This document shows positions 21,457 to 29,826 of a stretch of DNA of 64,000 nt, piece after piece. Source of the DNA: Crenarchaeota archaeon 13_1_40CM_3_52_17 (GTDB lineage: Archaea; Thermoproteota; Bathyarchaeia; 40CM-2-53-6). The notes beneath the pieces were generated by a model. It searched no databases. It was not told where the DNA came from and worked only from the letters and a program-made list of their open reading frames with translations. The stretch covers positions 2,435 through 66,434 of the forward strand of contig MNGN01000053.1 in assembly GCA_001918745.1 (NCBI GenBank), given 5' to 3'. A program made the position numbers and the translations under genes. How positions within the stretch are numbered: position 1 is the first letter of the stretch; the number at the start of each line of letters is the position of its first letter.

Positions 21457-22803
21457 CTAGTTGTTCTCCAGAGAGTTTCTGATCAACTTTCCAGCCTGTT
21501 TCCTAATCTTCCAGTCCACTAGGACTAAGATGGAGGAGGTTATGGTGAGGATGCCGAATATGTTGATGTTACCTGAGTGAAGGGCATCGCTTATTTTCGC
21601 GACCAGTCCCGGCGTTTCCTCCAAGCCAACCCCTTTGATCTTGATGAGAGCCATTCCCATCCTCGCGGCAAGTGCAAGACCGTGAGGATCGTTGGCGACG
21701 ACATCATGAAGTCGGGATATTTGTCGTCGCAGGCTCGGCGTTTGGCTGAGGTAGAGTATGGCGCTATCACTGTCTTGCGAGATAGCGACAAGATTCGTTC
21801 TGATGATCTCTGTGACTTTACGGATGAGTTCTGGATTCTGGGGGAGGTCTCTTCCTACAAGGGTTATTGAGGCTACAGGGTCTGGATTGTGGATTTTCAC
21901 TTCCAGCTCAGGAAGCGGTCCTCCAGTGATCTGCGTCCCCTGTGCGTCGAGTCTTCCGGCCGCGCTTGGTATGACTCGGATGTTGATTGCCGGGTCTTTG
22001 TATCGTAGTGCTTTTCGATGGATGAATTTTGTTCCGGTGTCCGCGATTCCAATCAGCGCTTTCATGTCTATCGTTTTGAGAACTTGTGCGTTTTTGATGA
22101 GGTCGGGGTCTCCGGTGAGGATTCCTTGCGCGCTGGTCGCCAGGACGACCTCGTCTGCTCCGAGAGCAGTGGCGATCAGAAGAGCGGTGGTGTCGCTTCC
22201 TCCGCGTCCGAGTGTCGTGATCCTTCCGTCTCTGGTGCGGCCTATGAAGCCACCGATAACAGGGATAAGTCCGTCTTCTACTATGGGTTTCACATATTTT
22301 CGTATTCGATGGATGCTCGCTTCTCGCGACGGGTTCGCGTTTGAAAAGTCATGATCAGTTATGATTGGCCAATCTCGGTCTGAGGGGTCGAAATGTCGGG
22401 TTTGTATTCCGCGTGCTTTCAGTGATGCTGCGAAGATTCGGGCGCTGGTTCTCTCGCCCATCGCGAGAATATCATCTCTATCGGTCTCTACTATTCCCGC
22501 GCCGTGATTGGTGAGTTCGAGAAGCTCATCAGTAGTTCTTCCAACAGCACTGACTACTACGACTATCCTGTTTCCTCGAGAGTATTCTCTGGCAACAGAT
22601 TCTGCGGCGAGGCCGATCTTTTTCCCGTTGGATAGACTGGATCCTCCAAACTTGGCTATGATGAGGCGGCGACGCTGATGTGCTCGCGCCTTCGCGTTGG
22701 GATTATATCCTATCTTTGTCGTTGTGAAGGATAGAGTCTGATTCTGGCGTTTAGACCTGGACGAGGGTCTCGGGAGCGGGTCTATGCCAGTAAAGATGAC
22801 CAC
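21457..22803 (-). CDS. lysC: aspartokinase with C-terminal ACT-like domains (5' end possibly via uORF frameshift)
   Basis: KFGGSS, VVVSA, TTLGRGGSDTTA; ~45-aa unconserved extension before KFGG. Confidence 0.9.
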   Translation of the reverse strand: MVIFTGIDPLPRPSSRSKRQNQTLSFTTTKIGYNPNAKARAHQRRRLIIAKFGGSSLSNGKKIGLAAESVAREYSRGNRIVVVVSAVGRTTDELLELTNHGAGIVETDRDDILAMGERTSARIFAASLKARGIQTRHFDPSDRDWPIITDHDFSNANPSREASIHRIRKYVKPIVEDGLIPVIGGFIGRTRDGRITTLGRGGSDTTALLIATALGADEVVLATSAQGILTGDPDLIKNAQVLKTIDMKALIGIADTGTKFIHRKALRYKDPAINIRVIPSAAGRLDAQGTQITGGPLPELEVKIHNPDPVASITLVGRDLPQNPELIRKVTEIIRTNLVAISQDSDSAILYLSQTPSLRRQISRLHDVVANDPHGLALAARMGMALIKIKGVGLEETPGLVAKISDALHSGNINIFGILTITSSILVLVDWKIRKQAGKLIRNSLENN

Positions 22804-22807
22804 CCAT
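22751..22807 (-). CDS. putative leader uORF MGGHLYWHRPAPETLVQV
   Basis: ATG 22807, CTT-TAC-TGG at 22795-22787, TAA 22753-22751; GGTGTGA 6 nt upstream of the ATG. Confidence 0.45.
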   Translation of the reverse strand: MGGHLYWHRPAPETLVQV

Positions 22808-22947
22808 CCCCGTTCACACCAGAGATGAGTTCCAATTAGGTTGCTCGCTTATTTAGCGTTATGGAATTACGTTCTTCGATCCCTCTCTTTAGGAGAAAGA
22901 GAATGAGGGTGTGAACTGGACCTGGAGTGCCCTGGTGCCGAGCTAGT

Positions 22948-23460
22948 CTAGCTTGCTCCGATTATCATCAGGATTAAGGCGATTCCGAGCAGGCCGACAC
23001 CTAGTCGTCCAGCCATTCCCATCCTCCATTGCAGCCTCGCGATCTGCGCCGAAGTTGGATCTTGAGCCGTTGGTTCTGCTTGTGGTTTGGGACCTTGTTT
23101 TACGAGTGATACGAGTTTCCGGCCTGAGGGGACTAGGATTCCGAGCGCAATTATGAGGACGATCAGTCCTAGAACGGCGCCAGCTTGAATGTAGGTGAGC
23201 CCGGGGAAACCTGAGGCGGGAGAGGTTGCGAAGTAGTACCCGTACAGGATGAGTCCGGCTATTATTGCGAGGATTGAGCTTCCGGTGATGAACGTGAGGT
23301 ATCTTGGCAGCGCGGACAGGATGAATTCAGCTCTGGAAGCCGGAGACATTTTGGAGAGCGAGGGAATGATGACGGAGACGAAGAGTGCGGCTCCTCCCAT
23401 CCAAGCAACTATTGCTCCAATGTGGAGGATTAGAAGAACGAGGAATAGTGCTTCAGCCAT
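22948..23460 (-). CDS. 4-TM membrane protein (CopD/DUF2269-like)
   Basis: LHIGAIVAWMGGAALF motif and four hydrophobic helices. Confidence 0.65.
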   Translation of the reverse strand: MAEALFLVLLILHIGAIVAWMGGAALFVSVIIPSLSKMSPASRAEFILSALPRYLTFITGSSILAIIAGLILYGYYFATSPASGFPGLTYIQAGAVLGLIVLIIALGILVPSGRKLVSLVKQGPKPQAEPTAQDPTSAQIARLQWRMGMAGRLGVGLLGIALILMIIGAS

Positions 23461-23604
23461 ATATTCGAACCGGTTCGAGGATGACGGTTCTGATTATTAT
23501 GATGTACTATCCGTTCCCCAAATCTACCTTTTTCCGTAGAAAACATAGAATGGGAACACTGAACAACGAGTTGGAGAGAAATAAAATCACTAGTCGAGAG
23601 GAGT

Positions 23605-23810
23605 TCTAAAATCGCTCTTAAATCGAATTACTGAAACGTATTCGAAACCGCAGCTTAAGCCGGTAACTGAAACGCTCCTGAAACTAGTTGCTGACTAGGT
23701 TCTGAAATCGCTTCTCGAAACAGGTTTTAAAACCAGTTTTGAAACGGTTCTTGAAACCAATCCTGAAAAAAGCGACTGAATCGCTAGCTGAAACGACAAC
23801 AGTGAATTTT
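23605..23810. repeat. degenerate ~12-nt periodic array (core YTGAAAC)
   Basis: GAAA-like cores at 23633, 23644, 23669, 23680, 23704, 23717, 23741, 23753, 23765, 23790, with degenerate units between. Confidence 0.6.
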
Positions 23811-23904
23811 CTAGCCCCCGGGGCCTACTCGAGTCGCGCGCCGCCCCGCGCATGTTCCGTTCAAGAACTCTTAATGCCAACCCAGCTCTCTATTCCCATC
23901 GTCC

Positions 23905-25731
23905 TTGTGTGGAATATTCGGCTGCGTCCTCCACGACAACAAACAAGCCGCCCCTCTCATCCACGCCGCCCTCAAACGGCTAGAGTACCGTGGATACGAC
24001 TCAGTCGGCGAAGTAACGATATCGGATGGAACCCTTACAATAAAGAAGGATAGTGGACGGCTTGACGAGGTCCACGCCAAGTACAACCTCGACGATCTCC
24101 CCGGACCTGTAGGCGTCGGACATACCCGCTGGGCAACACACGGCCGTCCAGTCAAGGAAAACTCTCACCCGTTGGTCGACTGCAAGTCCCGAATCGCAGT
24201 CGTCCATAACGGTATCATCGAAAACTATCTCGACCTCAAACGCGAACTCGAAACCAGAGGACACCGGTTCCTGTCAAGAACTGACACCGAGGTTGTCCCT
24301 CACTTGGTTGAGGAATATCTCAACCAGGGGCTCAGTCTCGAAGAAGCATTCCGGAAGACCATCAACCGACTAGAGGGAGCCTACTCGATCGTTCTAACAA
24401 GTGCGGAGAAACCGAAGACGATCTTGTGCGCCCGCCAAGAAAGCCCCCTAGTCCTCGGGCTTGGAGATGGAGAGTACTACTGTGCCAGCGACATAGCCGC
24501 CTTCCTTCCCCTAACTCGGAAAGCCATGATCCTGGAAGAGGGAGAAATGGCCTTTCTGGACCCAAATGGGATCAAGATCCTCAAGGCGAAAAACGGCGTA
24601 TCCGTAAAGAGAGATCCTATCACCATAACCTGGGACCCGGAGTCCGCCAAGAAACAGGGTTTCCGACACTTCATGCTCAAGGAAATCCACGAGCAAGTCC
24701 ATACGATAAGGGACGCGATGGGGACGCACGAGATCTACTATGACCTCCTCGCAAGCAAACTGATGAACGCAGAGAACGTGTTCATCGTCGCCTGCGGAAC
24801 CTCATACCACGCCTCCCTCGTAGGAGGACAAGCCCTCATGAAACTGGCCGGAATGAACGCGAGAGTCATCGTTGCCTCCGAGTTCTCGGACGAAGCCCTC
24901 GACCTCGTCAACTCCAAAACCGCCATCCTCGCCGTAAGCCAGTCAGGTGAGACCATGGACACTCTCAACGCCGTCAGAGACGCGAAGGCCAAGGGCGCCT
25001 CAATTGTCAGTATAACAAACGTTTTGGGTTCCACGTTAATGCGATTGTCCGACGTATACATCGGACAGAACGCGGGACCAGAAATCGGGGTCGCATCAAC
25101 AAAGGCCTTCACCTCACAAGTCACCGTTCTCCTCAGACTCGCCATCGCGATTGGTAGAAAGAAGGGGGAAGTCTCATCGAAAGAGATCAGCGAACTCGAA
25201 GACGCTCTACATCGAACCCCTGCCTTGATCCAGAACCTGCTAACCACGAAGGTGGAGAACGTGAAGAAGATTGCCGAGAGCTGCAGCGGCGCATCGAGCA
25301 TCGCCTTTCTCGGGAGAGGAATCAACGTGCCAACCTCCCTGGAAGGACGATTGAAACTCCTAGAGCTGAGCTACATCCCAGCAATGGCGTACCCAGCAGG
25401 CGAGAGCAAACACGGCTTCATCGCGCTCATCGAAGAAGGATTCCCGGTAGTATTTGTCGCACCGAAGGACGAGACTCACAAGAAAATAGTCGGTAATATT
25501 ATGGAGATGAAGGCTCGTGGAGCAAGAATAATCTCGATCATCGAAGAGGGAGACGAGGAGATCAGAAACCTATCTGACGATGTGATAGAAATACCGGACT
25601 CCCTTCCATCGCTCGCCACCCCCATCGCCTATGTCGTTCCACTGCAACTCCTGGCCTACTACATGTCAGTAATACTAGGCCATGATCCCGACTATCCAAG
25701 AAATCTGGCCAAGAGCGTCACTGTAGAATAG
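23905..25731 (+). CDS. glmS: glucosamine--fructose-6-phosphate aminotransferase
   Basis: MCGIFG, LEYRGYDS, GHTRWATHG, SQSGET, PRNLAKSVTVE. Confidence 0.98.
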   Translation: MCGIFGCVLHDNKQAAPLIHAALKRLEYRGYDSVGEVTISDGTLTIKKDSGRLDEVHAKYNLDDLPGPVGVGHTRWATHGRPVKENSHPLVDCKSRIAVVHNGIIENYLDLKRELETRGHRFLSRTDTEVVPHLVEEYLNQGLSLEEAFRKTINRLEGAYSIVLTSAEKPKTILCARQESPLVLGLGDGEYYCASDIAAFLPLTRKAMILEEGEMAFLDPNGIKILKAKNGVSVKRDPITITWDPESAKKQGFRHFMLKEIHEQVHTIRDAMGTHEIYYDLLASKLMNAENVFIVACGTSYHASLVGGQALMKLAGMNARVIVASEFSDEALDLVNSKTAILAVSQSGETMDTLNAVRDAKAKGASIVSITNVLGSTLMRLSDVYIGQNAGPEIGVASTKAFTSQVTVLLRLAIAIGRKKGEVSSKEISELEDALHRTPALIQNLLTTKVENVKKIAESCSGASSIAFLGRGINVPTSLEGRLKLLELSYIPAMAYPAGESKHGFIALIEEGFPVVFVAPKDETHKKIVGNIMEMKARGARIISIIEEGDEEIRNLSDDVIEIPDSLPSLATPIAYVVPLQLLAYYMSVILGHDPDYPRNLAKSVTVE

Positions 25732-25749
25732 TCACGCCGAGGTCGCACG

Positions 25750-26142
25750 ATGGATATCGCTGAAGAACAGCGAATGCTAGAGGAGAAAGTCGGCAAGGCC
25801 TTGGAAGAGGCAAGGACCAAGCTCGAAATGGCTCTGGATAGTCTCTCCAAAGGCGGGGCGGACTCTGAAAAGAGAGTCTGGTTGGCCGAGGAAGCATCCG
25901 AGTACAGCAGCCTTCTGTACTCACTCACCTACGGTCTCGAGGACGAGGATCCGCCTGTTCCAGTGCGGAAAAGGAACGCCGAGTCTATTCCACTTGTCAA
26001 GGAATCAGCGGAATCCCTAAAGCTTGCAACAGAGCTTCGGGGTAAATTACCCCTAGAAGGATACCGGCATCTCAGGAACGCTGTTTACAAGCTTCGGCAA
26101 GCGCACTATATTCTCGAAAAAGCTGGTATGAAAAAGCGCTAG
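25750..26142 (+). CDS. hypothetical helical protein
   Basis: Co-oriented ORF filling the glmS-cofD gap. Confidence 0.6.
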   Translation: MDIAEEQRMLEEKVGKALEEARTKLEMALDSLSKGGADSEKRVWLAEEASEYSSLLYSLTYGLEDEDPPVPVRKRNAESIPLVKESAESLKLATELRGKLPLEGYRHLRNAVYKLRQAHYILEKAGMKKR

Positions 26143-26192
26143 CCTTTAACTAGAGGCTTGGCTCGCGCAAACCCTCTCTCGGGCGCTTCACC

Positions 26193-27131
26193 ATGTTCCG
26201 ATCGGTAGTATGCCTTGCAGGCGGCGTTGGTGCAGCGCGTTTCTTGGACGGGCTTGCTCAAGTCCTTCCGCCGGAAAAGGTAACAGCGGTCGTCAACACT
26301 GGAGACGACCTTGACTATCTTGGGATCCACATCAGCCCTGACATTGACATTGTCACGTACACGCTCGCGGGAATCGTTGACGCGGAAAAGGGATACGGGA
26401 TCTCGGGAGACACTTACAACTGCATGGCACAACTCGAACGATACTCGGCCGAAACATGGTTCCGGATCGGAGACCGAGATTTCGCGACCCACCTTCTCAG
26501 AACCGCTTTCCTTCAACAGGGTTTCAGCCAGTCGGAACTGACCGAGAAAATACGAACGCTCTTGGGAGTGAAGGTCAGGATTCTGCCTATGACCGACCAG
26601 ATGGTTGCTACCAAGATCAAGACCTCTGCCGGACTTTTAGATTTTCAGGAGTATTTTGTCAAAAGAAAATTCGAGGATAACGTGGAAGACGTAAGCTACG
26701 AGGGCGCGAGCATAGCAACACCTGCGCCGGGCGTGGTGGAGTCGATAGAGAAGTCAGAGGTCATCATCCTCTGCCCGAGCAACCCCATTCTCAGCATCGG
26801 ACCAATCCTTGCCATACCCGGAATTCGCGACGCGCTAGCGAAGACTAAGGGCCGAATTCTCGGGATCAGTCCAATCGTTGGAGGAAGATCGATAAAGGGT
26901 CCGTTGGATCGTATCATGCGTCACTTAGGACTGGACGTCTCTCCCCTCGGAGTCGCCCAGCTCTACAAAGGACTGCTCAGAGGCTTCGTTATCGATGATA
27001 TCGACAGTGCCGTCGCCCCCAAAATTAAGGATCTTGGAATGAGAGTAGCCTCAACCCAAACGATAATGGATTCCCGGGCGGCTAGAGTCCGATTGGCAGA
27101 AGATACCTTGAAGCTGGCGGAGACCCTTTGA
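26193..27131 (+). CDS. cofD: 2-phospho-L-lactate transferase (F420 biosynthesis)
   Basis: LAGGVGAARFL, VNTGDD, ISPDID, WFRIGDRD, FQEYFV, PSNPILSIGPI. Confidence 0.95.
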   Translation: MFRSVVCLAGGVGAARFLDGLAQVLPPEKVTAVVNTGDDLDYLGIHISPDIDIVTYTLAGIVDAEKGYGISGDTYNCMAQLERYSAETWFRIGDRDFATHLLRTAFLQQGFSQSELTEKIRTLLGVKVRILPMTDQMVATKIKTSAGLLDFQEYFVKRKFEDNVEDVSYEGASIATPAPGVVESIEKSEVIILCPSNPILSIGPILAIPGIRDALAKTKGRILGISPIVGGRSIKGPLDRIMRHLGLDVSPLGVAQLYKGLLRGFVIDDIDSAVAPKIKDLGMRVASTQTIMDSRAARVRLAEDTLKLAETL

Positions 27132-27805
27132 CAAAGGACTTCGCAATCATCCCTGTGAAAGGACTGCTCGATAGTAAGAGCAGGCTTTCCCGCGCCTTAG
27201 ATCCACAGGACAAGAAAAAACTCATCATTGCATTGCTCAGAGACGTGCTGGCCGCAGTCGAAGATGCTGAATTGTTCAACCGAGTCTTGGTTGTTTCGCC
27301 TGATCCAAGTGTCGAGAAAGAAGCAAAGTTACCAGCCGGGACATTTTTCCGCCAAGAAGGGCAAGGGCTCAACGCAGGCGTCCGGCAGTCTACGCTCTTT
27401 GCGACTCGTGAGAAGTCGTCGTCAGTGGCTGTTCTATTGGCAGATATTCCTCTGATGGAAGCACGAGATTTGAAAGAGTTGTACTCTGCGGGGGACACCA
27501 CGCCGCGAGTCGTACTGTCCCCTTCTCTCAAGGGTGGGACCAACGCGATGGTGCGAGAGCCTCCTAACATTATCTCTCCCGCGTATGGAAGATGGAGCTT
27601 CAGTACCCATCTCAGGGCAGCACAGAAAACAGGGCTATCTGTGTACTCGGTTTCAAATCCACGTTTGTCCTTCGATGTCGATACTCCCGAAGACTTGATC
27701 ATGATGGGGAGACGGGACCCTAATGGAAAGACGCACACTGCTCGATGTCTTCAAGAAATGACATTGCTTCATTCCATCGCACGAACTTCAGGCAGTGCGC
27801 ATTAG
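27128..27805 (+). CDS. cofC: 2-phospho-L-lactate/PEP guanylyltransferase (F420 biosynthesis)
   Basis: IPVK...KSRL, GLN, ADIP, GGTNA, SFSTH, DVDTPEDL. Confidence 0.92.
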   Translation: MTKDFAIIPVKGLLDSKSRLSRALDPQDKKKLIIALLRDVLAAVEDAELFNRVLVVSPDPSVEKEAKLPAGTFFRQEGQGLNAGVRQSTLFATREKSSSVAVLLADIPLMEARDLKELYSAGDTTPRVVLSPSLKGGTNAMVREPPNIISPAYGRWSFSTHLRAAQKTGLSVYSVSNPRLSFDVDTPEDLIMMGRRDPNGKTHTARCLQEMTLLHSIARTSGSAH

Positions 27806-27838
27806 ACTGGCAACTCAATTCTGAGTAGAAACTCTTTT

Positions 27839-28561
27839 ATGAGTACATCCTCTCCCCCGCCTGCTGAAATGCGCTCAACGAATCCTAGCATCAAACCAAC
27901 CGTCGTTATCGCAGGGGCAGCAACTTTTGGCGCTCTCGCGGCACTAATATCCCTGCTCGCTCCACCTGTGATTCAACCGTCATTTCCGATCTTGTTTTAC
28001 TTGAAATTCGACCTCGCGGAGATAGTTGATGTTACTGCGTTTCTCATATTTGGTCCCATAGCGGGGTTAGTTACTGCAACTGTTCACGCAACGATACTCA
28101 CCGCTGCTCCTGGAGGGGCAGGACCATTCGGGGCGAGTTTGAAGTTCCTATCTGTTCTTTCGACCTACGGTGGGTTGATAGTGGCTTCGAGACTCGGAAG
28201 ACACAAGCTCTTGAAGACTGGCTCGATAATGACTGTTTCAGGCGTGCTGACAAGAGTCGTCATCATGACCCTTGTGAACTATCTGTACCTAATTGTTCTT
28301 GCACAAGTTGTGTTTGGCGTGAACTACTCATATTTTGCGCAACTTACGTTAAGCGCGGTCGGAATTAATCTCACTGGAGATGGCTTTGTTTTCTACATAC
28401 TCGGGCTTACAGCGATCTTCAACGCGATCCATGCTGTATTCTCTATCGTTGTTTCGCTTGTGCTGGTGAACGCGATCTTGACAAGGGCCCCTCAGCTGGT
28501 AGCTGGGAGAGAGTGGATTCGCAGAACCCTGACTCTTCCATGGGCCTCAAAAAGTCCTTAG
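27839..28561 (+). CDS. ECF transporter S-component (RibU-like)
   Basis: FPILFYLKFDLAEI, FGPIAG, RVVIMTLVNY, IFNAIHA; ~6 TM helices. Confidence 0.7.
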   Translation: MSTSSPPPAEMRSTNPSIKPTVVIAGAATFGALAALISLLAPPVIQPSFPILFYLKFDLAEIVDVTAFLIFGPIAGLVTATVHATILTAAPGGAGPFGASLKFLSVLSTYGGLIVASRLGRHKLLKTGSIMTVSGVLTRVVIMTLVNYLYLIVLAQVVFGVNYSYFAQLTLSAVGINLTGDGFVFYILGLTAIFNAIHAVFSIVVSLVLVNAILTRAPQLVAGREWIRRTLTLPWASKSP

Positions 28562-29610
28562 TTTCGCCGAACGATCGGGGCGGCTTGGATTCTAGCACTG
28601 CGGCTAACAGTCCTTAGGTCTATCAGGTCTTCCTCTTTGGGACCGGTACCGATAAGGGTCACTGGAACTCCAGTTTGTTTCTCGATCTCTGAGATGAAGG
28701 CCTTCGCCCCTTTATCGAGGTCTTCTATGTGCTGTGCGCCTTTTGCGGTTGGGAATAGCACGTCGAGCTTAGTAAGCGCGATCTGAGTTGCGCCGTTGAT
28801 TTGGACGGCTCTCTTTGCCAGTTTGAAATCGAAGGGCGCGGCTCTTCTCTCGCGCCCGGTAACAGTCCCAAACTCGGTCCAACCCCGACGTGCTACCTCA
28901 TCGCGATCTAGCTGGCCCTCTAGGGGTCCTTCTCCCACTCTTGTCACGTATGCTTTGAAGATGACTATGACTTCGTCAACTTGGGTAGGGCCAACTCCGA
29001 CGTCGGCGCAAGCTGAGGAAGCCGTCGTATCCTTAGAGGTGACGTAAGGGTAGGTTCCATGATAGAGACTTAGAAAAGTGCCCTGTGTCCCCTCAATCAT
29101 AATCTTCTTGTTCTCTGAAAGCGCTTTCTGAACTTCTCCCACTGTATCGCCGACGTAGGGTTTGAGGCTTGGAATCTGCTGGGCTAGTTTCACCATTCTC
29201 AAAGCTCGCTCGGCATTACATGCCCCGACCCCGCTTTTGGTAGAGCCCACTTTCTTTGAGAGATGGTCTGATCTTGATTCTTGCTCTTTGTGGCGAGGCT
29301 CAACGATAGCGCACTGATTGTCAACCTCGATCCTTCGTTCGGAGTCGGTTTTCCGGAGCTCGTCGAGTAAGACGGTAGGGTCAACTGGGACTCCGGGTCC
29401 GATAAGAAGGCTCGTCGAAGGGTCGACGAAGCCGCTCGGGATCAGCCTAAGAGAGTACTGGACTCCACCGTGGATCACAGTATGGCCGGCGTTAGGTCCG
29501 TTTCCACCCCTAATGCATATGTCGGGTTTGTCTCTCATTGCTAGATAAGCGGCTATCTTCCCCTTTCCCTCGTCTCCGAAGAACCCGCCGACAATGACCG
29601 TACAGGGCAA
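28558..29610 (-). CDS. purA: adenylosuccinate synthetase (short archaeal form)
   Basis: GDEGKGK, NAGHT, EGTQG, YPYVTS, GTVTGRERR, TKLD. Confidence 0.96.
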   Translation of the reverse strand: MPCTVIVGGFFGDEGKGKIAAYLAMRDKPDICIRGGNGPNAGHTVIHGGVQYSLRLIPSGFVDPSTSLLIGPGVPVDPTVLLDELRKTDSERRIEVDNQCAIVEPRHKEQESRSDHLSKKVGSTKSGVGACNAERALRMVKLAQQIPSLKPYVGDTVGEVQKALSENKKIMIEGTQGTFLSLYHGTYPYVTSKDTTASSACADVGVGPTQVDEVIVIFKAYVTRVGEGPLEGQLDRDEVARRGWTEFGTVTGRERRAAPFDFKLAKRAVQINGATQIALTKLDVLFPTAKGAQHIEDLDKGAKAFISEIEKQTGVPVTLIGTGPKEEDLIDLRTVSRSARIQAAPIVRRN

Positions 29611-29826
29611 TAGGTATCCAAACAGCGTAGAACCAGAGCAGAATAAGACTTTTGAAATGACTCTCCGAAACTAATTACGATCTAAATTAGATTCTCCGAA
29701 GCCGTGCAATCGAGAGCAAGATAAGGGGATCTAAACTTGATAATCGCAGAGTCGCGGACGCTATCTCTAGAATTGCTTGTGAGAAAGAGTGGAAGGTGTG
29801 GCCGTGATGGCCACTATTGGCCAAAA

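Noticed and set aside
23528..23560. ORB-like motif TTCCGTAGAAAAC
   Set aside because: Single weak match, no G-string and no cdc6 in the window.
23605..23810. CRISPR array suggested by GAAAC repeats
   Set aside because: Units are about 12 nt and degenerate, with no unique spacers and no cas genes.
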